Assembly: GCA_951406725.2 (NCBI GenBank)
Contig: OX597825.1
Location: forward strand, 39,680,001-39,744,000
Length of the DNA stretch: 64,000 nucleotides
Source: Octopus vulgaris
Taxonomy: Eukaryota
Direction of reading: 5' to 3'
The notes beneath the pieces were generated by a model. That model ran no database searches, had not been told where the DNA came from, and saw nothing but the letters and a program-made list of their open reading frames with translations. How positions within the stretch are numbered: position 1 is the first letter of the stretch; each line of letters opens with the position of its first letter. The translations under genes and the position numbers were made by a program. Positions 11,946 to 24,746 of this stretch are shown here, in pieces.

Positions 11946-14639
11946 TGTTTCATTTTCACAGGGAAAACAATTTGAAATACTAGTTGTCTGTAATAAAGTT
12001 CCCGCATTACATGCTGTATACTGGATACATTATACTTATACGATATATTCATCTTATACAACATAATAATTTTGCTTATCATATATTATTAACTTTGAAA
12101 GGAATGAAAGCCATGATTTCTATTATTATCAAATTTCTGTAGAAATTTATATAGTAAAATAATACAGTTAATGAACCTATTTCATGAGGTGCAAATATTT
12201 TGGGATGTGTCAATATGTATGTTATATATATTGTTAATATAGTTTATAGGGATACACATATACACTGTTCCCTATATCTTTCGCTGTAAGTTGACACTGT
12301 ATTTTCCAAATATTTATGATGTCAAATATTTATATAATGATTAATATTCTGGTATATGGAAAGCCAGCAAAGTTGTCATAATATAGTTATTTCAGGAGTA
12401 GACTTCAAAGTTTATTGATACATGTGGCTCTAGAATCAATCGGCTCGACTGATTGGCATACACACGCGCGGATGCGCATATACGCACGTGCATATATAAA
12501 TATAACAGATACAGTAGAAAAGGTCCAAATTAGACAGACTACAATTAAGCCGTACTTATACGGGTTTAACTATGATAGAATAAGAATTGTCCAATCTGAA
12601 ACATATATTGATATATTAGACATATAAAGATATAGAAATATAAAAATATAAGAATACTAAAATTATACTGGACATATACATATATAGATGTGTAAACATA
12701 ATAATAATTGAATATAAATAAAAAATAATGAAATATAGAAAAATGACTTTTTTTTTAAATTCAGAGATTTTACCAAAATTTTTGGATACCCAAAAACGAG
12801 ATTTGGGTAACAAGTTAGAGGAAGATTTTCCAACGATTGTTTCAGGGGTAAATTCGTGTAGACTACACATGAAGGGACTATATGCAAATCTAGCGTAAAC
12901 ACTGTTTTTTCCTGATGATTGGGATATTCTATGAAAATAAATCTTAAGATTTATATGTAATTTGAACGAAGGATTGACCGCGAAAGAAAGAACATTTTAA
13001 GTCATATCTATGTTTATAAACAAAAGTGTATAAGATAATAAATGAAAACTCAAAAAGTTAACTTGCTCTGCGTAATGCATACTTATTATTTAAATATTCG
13101 GATGCGAAATAAGAAATATTAATTGTCTTCGATCCAAAATCCAGTTTTTTGTCGAAAGAAAAGTAAAATTGTAATTAATGATATTCTGGTAGAATATCTC
13201 CGAGTAACGTCTAGATTAAAATGCGCGTCGAGACAGATTTACATTTAGACGAAGATAATCTTTGAATCTCATAGTATATTTTAAGATATGATGAATATAG
13301 CTTTAGAGGGCGATCACAACCTTACAGTCCCTGGTTAGGATAAGTTTTAAAATTCATATATATATAGTACTAGTAAATTACATAAGTAGGATGTAGAAGC
13401 ATGTCCTAACCTTCTACACGTCATATAGAGTATCAACAGAAACGTGCAATCTCAAGTGCCTCATATTCTTATTGTATAGCAAACCGATGTTGAAGAATTT
13501 ATTTCGAAAATTACATCCGCATTATGTCACTCAGCACAATGTGTGTTTGTGTATGTGTATGTGTCTGTCTGTGTTTGTGCATGAGCGCGTTCGATTTTTG
13601 TGTTCGTGTATGCATGAGTGTGTATGCGTGGGTCTATTTATGAGTGTGTGTGCATCTGTGTGTGTGCATCTGTGTGAGCGCACAACTGTAGGTGTGTTAT
13701 ATGCGTGTGTAGGCGTATGTGTATGAGTGTGTTCCCGATAACGAACCCAAATTCTTAACCTACTATTTTATTACTGCGCAGTTATACATCTGATGTGTAT
13801 TTAAGAAGAGTAATATATTTCAATTAATCACAAGCTCATACGCAGTAACAGGCATACACAAATATATGAACAAACACGCACACAGCGTACACATACGCAC
13901 GCACACACGCACACATGTATACAGAATGTTCGGGATAAATTTGACGATAGTTACTACTTTTTTTAGGAACAGCTTGATGTAATATTGAACAGACAACGAA
14001 CAGCATTGTATGACCAGACATGTTACAGTCTGGTCATACACCCAGAGGAAACAAATTAGCTGACATGGAGGAAGCCACCAGGATATTGGAAAAGAGTTAA
14101 CTGCATCATGATGATTTGTGTCTGAAAATGCCTACGATATGTTTCTGAATAATCTCTATAGAACACTATAAATGAGGTATTACAGTGGAATACTTCCTAA
14201 TATCTCTAACACTACAGATAGATTTTGCATAAACATGGAAATCTAGGTAAAAGTTAGGAGATATCAAATAGTTCAATTTGTAAGTCCATAATTCCGATAA
14301 TAAGTTATGTTTTCAGTGTAATATAAGAAAAGGTATATATAACGGGATTCCTACATTTGTTTATGTGTGCATTCTAGACTTATACCTGTTTCGGATATAT
14401 TCCTTTCGTAATTTAGAGGTTTCATGGGTCCAATTACTCAATCGGTCGATTGATCGATTTAAAAGTGTAAAAATCCTACGTATAACTATAACAATAGCGA
14501 CAGAAACAACAACGACTACAACAACGAAAACAATAACAACAATAATGATAATAATAAAAGTAATAAATGAATGCACTGATACAGTACTAAACAGTGGCTC
14601 TCGTGGATGTTCATCTTAATTGATTGGAAGTTGTATTAT

Positions 14640-14815
14640 GTACATGGTTTGTATTGGTATAAAAGATAGGCTACAACAAATATTCTGCTCAATACCACAA
14701 GATTTGCTTGCCAATTGTTTGACATAATTTAGTTGAGCATGTCCCTTTGTGGCTGACGATATGTGCATCCCTGATCACGAGCAGAAGTAGTAGGGGAACA
14801 TCATAGCCATTTGTT
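14640..14815. mobile_element. SINE-like repeat fragment abutting the LINE 5' truncation point
   Basis: Non-coding GC-richer block (AATATTCTGCTCAATACCACA...TGAGCATGTCCC...GATCACGAGCAGAAG) recognised from memory as a dispersed repeat. No second copy in this window. Confidence 0.4.
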
Positions 14816-17340
14816 GAGAACGAACAACCAAAAAAGGAGTATTAAAACAACAAACTCAGCATCTGAGCAACTTTGGACCCCCATAACAACTGAAGAGGTC
14901 ACCCAGGCATTGCAAAGACTAAGCAAGGCACCTGGATATGACAAGATCCCCAACGTCTGGTTGAAATATCTAACAAGAATGCATAAAAAGCTGACTGAAA
15001 AATTTAACAACATACTGGCAGAGCCAGAGACAATGCCTGAATGGCTCACGAAGGGGAAAACCATCTTAATTCCCAAGTCAAACGAGACAGCAAAACCAGA
15101 AAACTAAAAACCTATAAACTGTCTCCCTACAATGTACAAAACATTTACTGCAGTGATATCACATAGATTGAACAAGAACCTGGACGAAAACAACATGTTT
15201 CCAGAAGAGCAGAAAGGATGCCGCAAAGGCTCATATGGCTGTAAAGATCAACTAGTGATCAATAAAGACATAACTGAAGACAGCTACAGAAAGAAGAAAG
15301 GCATCAGTATGGCCTGGATCGACTACAAAAAGGAGTTTGATACCATCCCAGACACACGGATCCTCGAAACACTAGCCATTAACAAATTTGTACCAACATT
15401 TATAAAATACATAGGACACTCTATGAATAAATGGCAGACAGTGCAACAGCTCCAAACAAAAAAGGGACTTGTGAAAACCAAACCATCCCCATTAGAAGAG
15501 GGATATTCCAGGGAGACACGCTCTCTCCACTCCTTTTCTGCTTGGCACTGTCACCTGTATCTCATATGCTAAACAGAACTGGATGCGGATATACAGGTTA
15601 CGGCAAAACGATCAGCCACATTTTATATATGGGTGACCTAATACTATACGCCACAAATGACAAACAGCTGGAAACACTATTAAAGACAGCTCATGGATTT
15701 ATCAAAGAAATAGATATGAAATTTGGATTGGAGAAATGCGCCAAAGTAACACTGAAAAGAGGAAAACTAGTTAAGAGTAGCAACATCACACTAGTTAAAA
15801 CCAATGAAATAAAAGTATTAGACCAAAGCCAAACTTACAAATACTTAGGAATCCATGAACTAGATAAGACACAACACACACAAATGAAAGAGAAAATGAA
15901 AAAAGAATATTACAGACGAATTAGAGCAATACTGAAAACAGCTCAATGCTAAAAACAAGATAATAGGTATCAGCACTTTAGCCGTCTCAGTTATAAGTTA
16001 AAGCTACAATATCCTTAACTGGACACTAAATGAACTGACCAAAATAGATAGGAAAACAAGAAAAATAATGACAGGATCTAGGATGCATCATCTGACATAG
16101 AAAAGCTATCTATACAACGTATAGAAGGTGGTAGAGGCCTTATACAGTTGGAAAACCATTATAAAATAACCACCATAGGACTGTAAAAATATCTACTTCA
16201 GAAGGAAGGTAAACTGATACAAATAGCGGCAAAACACGAGCAAAACAATAAACTGTTCTCAGTATTTAAAGAAGCTGACAAATAGAAACAAGAATTCATA
16301 CCACCTAACAAATAGAAAGAAGAAGAAGAAGAAGAAGAAGAAGAAGAAGAAGAAGAAGAAGAAGAAGAAGAAGAAGAAGAAGAAGAAGAAGAAGAAGAAA
16401 CAACAAAAGCTATAAAACAAATGAAATCCAAATTAAAAATAGAACAGCAATGAACTATGATAAAACGATGACAAGAAAACCCCTTCATGGCAAATACTGG
16501 ACTAAACTAAATGCATAAGAAATAGACAAAGAAAAATCCCAGCAATGTTTGAGAAGCACAGGACTCAAAGCAGAGACAGAAGGATTTTTAATTGCAGCAC
16601 AAGACCAAAGACCCCACCCCACCAGAAATTATCAAAAACATGTAATGAAAAGAAATATAACAAGTAACCGCAGTATATGTGGAGATGGACAAGAAACAAT
16701 AAATCATATTATCTCTGGCTGCCCAGTCCTGGCTAAGAAGGAATATATTCACAGACATGAAAGGATCGGGACCTATATACACTGGAATCTATGCCAACAT
16801 TATGAAATAACAACAGAAAAAAGGTGGTATAGGCACACACCAGAAAAGGTCACAGAAAACGAGAAAGCAACCATACTCTGGGATATGCCAATACACACAG
16901 ATAGAGAAATTAAGGCCAACAGACCAGATATAGATATCAGAGATCATGAAGAAAATGATGCTTTCTAAATGATATATCCATACCAGCAGATGACAACGTG
17001 TCTCTAAATGAAATGGAGAAACTTTCAAAATACAAAGACCTGGAAATAGAGGTAACCAGAATGTGGAGTCTAAAAACAGAAACAATTCCTATCATAATAG
17101 GTGCATTAGGCATGATTAATAAAATATTCAGACAAATACATAACAGAAATACCAGGACTTACAAACACATATAACATATAGAAAATTGCACTACTAGGCA
17201 CTTCACACATCCTCGCAGAACACTTTCAATACAGTAACCATCAGAACATCACAACAAATCACAGCACATACCCAAGGCACACAGAACTGCGCTCGGTAGT
17301 GAAGTGAAAACACGTTATAAAAATAAAACTCCTGAATGAT
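14816..17340 (+). mobile_element. 5'-truncated RLE-type LINE (R4/Dong-like): RT + CCHC knuckle + restriction-like endonuclease, tail into (AAT)n
   Basis: KAPGYDKI, EEQKGCRKGSYGCKDQL, AWIDYKKEFD, RRGIFQGDTLSPLLF, LYMGD (YMDD), FGLEKCA, YKYLGI, C..ETINHIISGC, RH, WD, RPDI. The 3' UTR ends AAAATAAAACTCCTGAAT followed by (AAT)n. Confidence 0.9.
16319..16399. repeat. (GAA)n expansion inside the LINE ORF
   Basis: About 27 perfect units. Confidence 0.95.
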
Positions 17341-17359
17341 AATAATAATAATATTAATG

Positions 17360-17431
<72 letters not shown>

Positions 17432-17519
17432 GTAATAATAATAACTAGGTGAACACATGAAAAATTCACAAAAAAATATGTAAGTACCTGTAAGCAGTAT
17501 ACTGGTGTTATGAGAAATG

Positions 17520-17675
17520 TTTGTATATTATGACTATATCTTTACGTTGTGAGTTCAAATTCTGCCGAGTTTGACTTTGCTTTCGACCTTTCGGGGTCGA
17601 TAAATTAAGTACCAGTTTTGTACTGGAGTCGAGCCAATCAATTGGCCCCCTCTCCACAAAAACTTCAGGTATAGA
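17520..17675 (+). mobile_element. SINE family A fragment
   Basis: GAGTTCAAATTCTGCCGAGTTTGACTTTGCTTTCGACCTTTCGGGGTCGATAAATTAAGTACCAG. Confidence 0.75.
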
Positions 17676-17849
17676 AAAGTATATTGTGACTGTTACGGTA
17701 TATAGAATGTAATGTAACACCAGTGACTATATAATCCAACCAAAATATCTCAGTTACACAAACGTAAACGGAATTTCTATTTAACCTTATATTACATCAT
17801 ATATATTCAAAGAAACTTCTTGGTTTAGTGGCACGGAACGTTTTTCTGG

Positions 17850-18025
17850 TATTCTTTTATTCTTTTAATTGTTTCAGTCATATGACGGAGGCCATGCTAG
17901 AGCACCACCCTTTAGTCGAAGAAATTGAACCCCGGACTTATTTCATGTAAGCCTGTTGCTTATTCTATCAGCTCCTCTTCTGCTGAACAGCTAAATTACA
18001 GGGATGCTAACGCACCGACATCGAG
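17850..18025 (-). mobile_element. SINE family B fragment
   Basis: TTGTTTCAGTCA...GGCCATGCTAGAGCACCACC...TAAGCCT...TTATTCTATC, shared with 27895, 52260 and (inverted) 27450 and 31900. Confidence 0.7.
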
Positions 18026-18949
18026 AACGAAATGATAAATGGATTTATGAATGTAAGTTTGGTAATTGCGTTTATTTCCACCTCGCGACACTTATTATAG
18101 CAAACCTACACACACACAGAAATACATTCATATATATATGCCTCGAGCTGTAGCTGTAATTCACAGGGTCTGGCCTTGTCATATTCTGAGTGAGGCTGAA
18201 TTTTCCTGAACACAACGTTAATGTTATGCATTTTTGTGGAGTACTCAGCCATTTGTGGGTTAATTTTATCCTTGTGTGCTAATGAAAAGTGAAAATTACA
18301 GCCAATATCTGTTGTGTCCATGCATCTATATATGAACTCTTCTTTGAATTTATGAATCTACTGTCTCTCTCACTTTCTCTCTCACTTTCCCTCTTTCTCT
18401 TACACTTCTTTTGTGACCCACTTCCTCTTCTCTCGCACCTTTGATTTAACAATGTGTGTGTGTATCTATTATCTACTTCTCTTGCGATGTGATAGACGTT
18501 TAAAAACACAAAATGAACGCTGTCACCACACACTGTCTCTTTCACTTTCTCTCTCTCTCTCTTTCTCTCTCACTCTCTCACTCACTCGCTTTCTCTCTTA
18601 GTCTCTCTTTCTCTCTCCCTCCTTCTCTTTATTTCTCTCTTAGTTTTCTCTGTCCTCCTCTCTCTCTCGATTTTTCACTTTTCTGAAGTAAGTGTGACAC
18701 ACATATGAGGTACGTACAAAGACAAAAAAGTGTATTAATATTATTGATAATAATATTTACAACAACAACAAATTCAGTGATACTCAGGACGAAAATAAGA
18801 ATTGTAGCAGTAACGTTCCGAAATAATGTCCTTTAAATAAACAGTATTTTATCATTTTATACGAAGATGCAACGGTTTTCAAACTGATTTCATAACCATG
18901 TTTAATCATTTAGATTTAGAAAAAGGAAAATGTGATATAAATTAATAAT

Positions 18950-19365
18950 GTAATTCCTGCCTTAGGAATAACAGAAGTATTTTGATTTAGAGTGGTCGAT
19001 ATTCAATATCGACAATCAAACTTACTTCTCTCAGAATATAAAATATAGCACGCATCAAAAACAAGATGCGTATATTTCCTAGAAGAATCAGGCTTAATAT
19101 ATATACTTCAGAGGATGACATCTTAAATAAAAGACATGAATTAATAGCATGGTATAAACATTTCTACCATAAAGCATTTAGACTGGTCCCTCCTAAATAT
19201 ATAAGAATTAATCAGGTGAGGTATTCGGACAAGATAAAACCCGTAAACAATGATATAGACCTCGTAAAAATTGTGAAGTTGATGTCCTTAGTTCTTAATT
19301 ATTTACTTTACAGGAAAACCACCTTCACATCAAACCTATATATTTTTAGAGGAATGGAAGTTCCC
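18950..19365 (+). mobile_element. Possible decayed Penelope-like 3' fragment ending in (TA)n
   Basis: DDILNKRHELIAWYKH resembles the LNKRSELISKCRH C-terminus of PLE GIY-YIG domains. Confidence 0.4.
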
Positions 19366-19368
19366 TAT

Positions 19369-19464
<96 letters not shown>

Positions 19465-19503
19465 AAAAAAGGTTTGAAAATGCAATTTAAACGATGTTTA
19501 TTT

Positions 19504-19544
19504 ACTTAACCGGTTTCACTCTTTGGTAAAAGATTGTCAAAAGT
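19504..19544 (-). ncRNA. Decayed minimal hammerhead ribozyme in the PLE 3' end
   Basis: ACTT-TTGACAA-TCTTT TACC AAAGA-GT-GAAA-CCGG-TT-AAGT. Stems are intact and the core is two transitions away from CTGACGA. Confidence 0.6.
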
Positions 19545-20085
19545 TACATTTAAGGAAACATTGAATAATATGGGTTCAAAAAAAGTTTTTTACATAATTG
19601 TCACATTGAATATTATGCATTCAAAAATGTTTTTTATACATAATTGTCACATTACATGTATAAATATAGTGTTTGGTAACAGAGAAGTTCAATAGTGTGA
19701 TGAGAATATTTGGGAAAATTTGGCAGAAAAGGATAAAACAAATATATTATTGGGAATTGGTTGCGTTAATTATTGGTTGTCGCAAATTGTCACATTACAT
19801 GTATATATATACAATCTTTGGTATATATATACAGCCTTTTGACAGCAAAAATTAAAATGGATTTTTTATACATCTCAGAATATTTTAAGTACAAGGCGAG
19901 AATATGTTTTTACTGACCTGTCGGTATTAGCAGAAAGGCTGAACTGAGAGAACAGAGGAAGTAGCCAATGTGGTGTATACTTCCCTTTATGCATGAATGA
20001 TTTTGGGGTTATCAGGAGGTTAGTATGCGGGTGTGAATAGATGTGTCCGTGCCTGCTGGTCAGATAGCGTCTGTTTGTCACACAC

Positions 20086-20122
<37 letters not shown>

Positions 20123-20307
20123 ACAACACACACACACGCATAGTAAACAAACACACACCACATACAAACAACACATACACACACACAGAACACACACACC
20201 CACACACAACGCACCCACATATATCACATATACACACAGCACACAAATATAATATGTATCTATATATAACATACACAGATATATAACACACATACACACA
20301 CAACACA

Positions 20308-20340
<33 letters not shown>

Positions 20341-21224
20341 CACACGCACACATACATACATAATATAAATATCACACAAATACACCTAGCATATATATAC
20401 ACACATACAATACACACATACAGCATGTAAGTAATATACATACACAATATATGCATGCAATATACATACGCAGTACATACATATAATATATATATAGACA
20501 ATGCATATACATATATACACATACAGCATGTAAGTAATATACATACACAATATATGCATGCAATATACATACGCAGTACATACATATAATATATATATAT
20601 ATATAGACAATGCATATACATATATACACATATACATATAAATAGTGTTTACATACACATACATAGATGTACACACATATACACACAATACACATACATA
20701 CAATGCATACACATACACGTACGCATACATATAATATATATATACACACACACACATAACATACATACACAATGCATACATATATATACACGCAATGCAC
20801 ATACATGTATTCATGCATATATAGCACACCTACAATATACATATATACAATGCACACATACACACACACCCGCACACAGTGCACACACACACACACATAT
20901 ATACACACGTGCTCACACACACACACAACGCGCGCGCACACACACATATACACACACACGCACACAGTGCACACACACACACATATATATATACACCCAC
21001 GCACACACACACACAACGTGCACACACACACACACACAACACTCACACACATACATCACCTACATATATATAATGCATGCATGTGCATGCCACGTATGTG
21101 TGCGGTCAATGCCCGCTAGTGTGTCCTATGCGTGCCGATGCGCGCATGTGCCCGCCCGCACGATATGCTGTGAGCGTGCACGCGTCCCTGTGTGCTTGCT
21201 CTGGATGTGTTTCCAGGGGGTATG

Positions 21225-21524
21225 TTAGAGTATGTTTAGTTGTGGTCTGTATTTTTGAATAAGATTACTTTCCTTATTTATTCGTGTTTGGTTTGTGGTG
21301 TTGTCCGAGCATTGATATAGTGGGAAGACTAAGAATTTGGGGGACTTATTGTGTGCACAAAGGTCTAAGTGTCCACTTAGTGGTATCTGTCTTGTGGAGG
21401 GGTCCCTCAGTTGTTGTCGGTGAACTGTCATTCTGTCTCTGAGGGTAAGGCTCGTTTGCCCTATGTAGTCTTCGTGGCATCCTTCACACCTTATGACGTA
21501 GAGTAAATTTTTTTTGATGCGCAC
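21225..21524 (-). pseudogene. PLE GIY-YIG endonuclease
   Basis: LLYVIRCEGCHEDYIGQTSLTLRDRMTVHR...RINKESNLIQKYRPQLN. Confidence 0.9.
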
Positions 21525-21755
21525 GTGAAATTATTTTTTATGATGAATGTGTGTCCCGAGTGGAACTTGTACGACGATCCCTCAATGAGGTGGATGCAGG
21601 TCTTGCAGTTGGGGCGACCACATTTTTTGATGGTGGGCGGTGGGTTTGTGTTGTGTAATTTTGCGTTGGTGAGGAGGTTTTTTAGGGATTTAGGTTGTCT
21701 CTTACTTTTTATTATTTTATGAGCTGCCAGTATTTTTTCAGGCGTGGGTCTTGAT

Positions 21756-22777
21756 TTAGTTGTGGAATGTTGTTGTATATAATAGTGTAAGCTTCTGCAT
21801 TCCTTGGGTTGTGTGTTGAGAGATAAGGAGGCTATTGACTGTACTGTGGATGTGTTTGGGTTTTCGAAGGTCTTGAATGTTGATTGATTTGGCCCGTTCT
21901 ATTCCGTTGTCTACTAGTGATGCCGGGTAATGTCTTTCGAGAAGAATTGCCCTTAGTTCCCGGAGTCTTCTATTTCGTATTGTGTCATTTGAGACAATAG
22001 TGCAGATTCTTCTCGCTACGTTGAAGGGGATATTTGTCTTTGTGTGTTTTGGGTGATTGGAGGTGAATAGAAGGTATTGTTTAGAGTCAGTGGGTTTGTA
22101 ATGGATGTCAGTTTCAATGTTGACGCCTTTTTTAATGATTAGGATGTCAAGAAAAGGGAGTTGGTCCTGACTATATTCCATTGTGAATTGAATGTTGTTA
22201 TTTACACTGTTGATAAGGTTTTTGAAGTATATAAATTGGTCGAGTGTGTGGGACCATAGGATGAGGCAATCATCTAAGTAGCGTTTCCAGTTCTCCAACA
22301 GGTATTTGTGGAAAGACTGGCCGTACTTATATTTGGATTTTTCATAGATATGTGATTCCAGGTAGGCCATCGCCAGGTTTGCATAGGTAGGTGCAACTTT
22401 CGTACCCATTGCAGTTCCTGAGACCTGTCTGTAAGTGTTGTTGTGGAAATACATGAAGTTGTTTTGCAGAATAAATTTGAGGCCCTCAATTATGAATTCA
22501 TTTTTAATTCTTTCCGGGATCTCATTGGGATATTTATCCAGCCAGAATTTAATGGCTTCCAGTCCAAATTCATGTGGGATTGTGGTGTAAAGATTAATAA
22601 CATCAAAAGAAACGATTAAGGTGTCTTTATCGGCATGTTTGGGGAGATGGTTTAATAGGTCCAGGTCATCTCTTACAATACTTGGAATGTGTTTCAGTAT
22701 TGGCTTTAAGATGATATCTATAAAGTTGCTAAGTCTGTGTGTTTCACAACTTGGGCCTGCCACTATTGGTCTCAGTT
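21756..22777 (-). pseudogene. PLE reverse transcriptase, N-terminally truncated
   Basis: 335-aa ORF with intact RT core motifs including YLDD. Confidence 0.9.
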
Positions 22778-22813
22778 TATATATATATATATAATTAATA
22801 TATATATATATAA

Positions 22814-22867
<54 letters not shown>

Positions 22868-23158
22868 AATATATATATATAATTAATATATAATTAATAT
22901 ATATATATAATTAATATATAATTAATATATATATATAATTAATCAATATAGGGTGGCAAAAAATTTCGTAGAATTTTTTTGCCACCAGCGGCCTAGTGGG
23001 AAAAAATTAAATAGTCATAGACCATTTGTAAATTCAACAGCAAAATCAAGGAACGGCCATAATAGGCCATTCACCCACTAGAAATAACAGGCAAAGCTTC
23101 AACCGCAAAACAACATTAATTCCGCAAACCAGGAGAAAATTAAAACATTTACCCTGTA

Positions 23159-23264
23159 GTTCCTTATACGATGACCGTTTCATCTATTGTTTAATGGTAA
23201 ACTAACCTGATTAAATTAAATCAAGCTAGTCTTCCATAGGCCGATAGATTCGTCAGTAAAGAAC
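23159..23264 (-). ncRNA. Type I hammerhead ribozyme (array 1, inverted arm)
   Basis: Same as 23781-23887 with a 1-nt deletion in stem III (CGGTCATCG). Confidence 0.8.
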
Positions 23265-23780
23265 AGCCAGATCGGAGCAGATAATTACACGAGGCACTTC
23301 TATCACTGTCTCGGCAACATCTGACCTAAAATTTTCAAATCATCGCACTCGCGCCAAATTTATCGGCAGCAAATATAAGCCGCCGATTCCATTACGGAAT
23401 TAACCAGAAAATTCATAATTAATCAATATAGGGTGGCAAAAAATTTCGAAGAATTTTTTGCCACCAGCGGCCTAGGCGGCTGGTGGCAAAAAATATGACC
23501 TATTGTGGGCGTTCCTTGATTTTGCTGTTGAATTTACAAATGGTCTATGGCTATTTAATTTTTTCCCACTAGGACGCTGGTGGCAAATAAATTCTACGAA
23601 ATTTTTTGCCACCCTATATTGATTAATTATGAATTTTCTGGTTAATTCCGTAATGGAATCGGCGGCTTATATTTGCTGCCGATAAATTTGGCGCGAGTGC
23701 GATGAGTTGAAAATTTTAGGTCAGATGTTGCCGAGACAGTGATATAAGTGCCTCGTGTAATTATCTGCTCCGATCTGGCT

Positions 23781-23887
23781 GTTCTTTACTGACGAATCTA
23801 TCGGCCTATGGAAGACTAGCTTGATTTAATTTAATCAGGTTAGTTTACCATTAAACAATAGATGAAACGGTGCATCGTATAAGGAAC
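23781..23887 (+). ncRNA. Type I hammerhead ribozyme (array 1, unit 1)
   Basis: GTTCTTTA-CTGACGA-ATCTAT...ATAGAT-GAAA-CGGTGCATCG-TA-TAAGGAAC. All three stems pair. Predicted cut after A23879 (GUA). Confidence 0.88.
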
Positions 23888-24263
23888 TACAGGGTAAATG
23901 TTTTTTAAATTTTCTCCTGGTTTGCGGAATTAATGTTGTTTTGTGGTTGAAGCTTTGGCTGTTATTTCTGGTGGGTGAATGGCCTATTATGGCGTTCCTT
24001 GATTTTGCTGTTGAATTTACAAATGGTCTATGACTATTTAATTTTTTCCCACTAGGCCGCTGGTGGCCAAAAAATTCTTCGAAATTTTTTGCCACCCGCT
24101 ATTGATTAATTATGAATTTTCTGGTTAATTCCGTAATGGAATCGGCGGCTTATATTTGCTGCCGATAAATTTGGCGCGAGTGCGTTGAGTTGAAAATTTT
24201 AGGTCAGATATTGCCGAGACAGTGATAGAAGTGCCTCTTGTAAATATCTGCTCCGATCTGGCT

Positions 24264-24370
24264 GTTCTTTACTGACGAATTTATCGGCCTATGGAAGACT
24301 AGCTTGATTTAATTTAATCAGTTTAGTTTACCATTAAACAATAGATGAAACGGTGCATCGTATAAGGAAC
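24264..24370 (+). ncRNA. Type I hammerhead ribozyme (array 1, unit 2)
   Basis: As unit 1. The stem II variant ATTTAT/ATAGAT keeps pairing through U-G. Confidence 0.87.
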
Positions 24371-24746
24371 TACAGGGTAAATGTGTTTTTAATTTTCTCC
24401 TGGTTTGCGGAATTAATGTTGTTTTGCGGTTGAAGCTTTGGCTGTTATTTCTAGTGGGTGAATGGCCTATTATGGCCGTTCCTTGATTTTGCTGTTGAAT
24501 TTACAAATGGTCTATGACTATTTAATTTTTTCCCACTAGGCCGCTGGTGGCAAAAAATTCTTCGAAATTTTTTGCCACCCTCTATTGATTAATTATGAAT
24601 TTTCTGGTTAATTCCGTAATGGAATCGGCGGCTTATATTTGCTGCCGATAAATTTGGCGCGATTGCGTTGAGTTGAAAATTTTAGGTCAGATATTGCCGA
24701 GACAGTGATAGAAGTGCCTCTTGTAAATATCTGCTCCGATCTGGCT

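Larger units (their letters stand above)
19463..22777 (-). mobile_element. 5'-truncated Penelope-like element (RT + GIY-YIG endonuclease) with microsatellite-rich 3' region, flanked by (TA)n on both sides
   Basis: LRPIVAGP, SFDVINLYTTIP, YRQVSGTAMGTKVAPTYANL, RYLDD, LPFLDI, YKPTD, SNHP. Endonuclease LLYVIRCEGCHEDYIGQT...RMTVH...LSGH. Frameshifts near 21825 and 21530. Confidence 0.93.

Noticed and set aside
12905-12955. CTGATGA-TTGGGATATTCTAT-GAAA as a hammerhead
   Set aside because: Stem II is plausible but stems I and III do not pair convincingly in this AT-rich context.
19875-21119. Long Cys/Val/Tyr/His-rich ORFs
   Set aside because: They are translations of CA/TG/TA microsatellite, not genes.
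23835-24095. 86-aa ORF in array 1
   Set aside because: It is antisense to the ribozyme, has no recognisable motif, and is not kept open in the other units.
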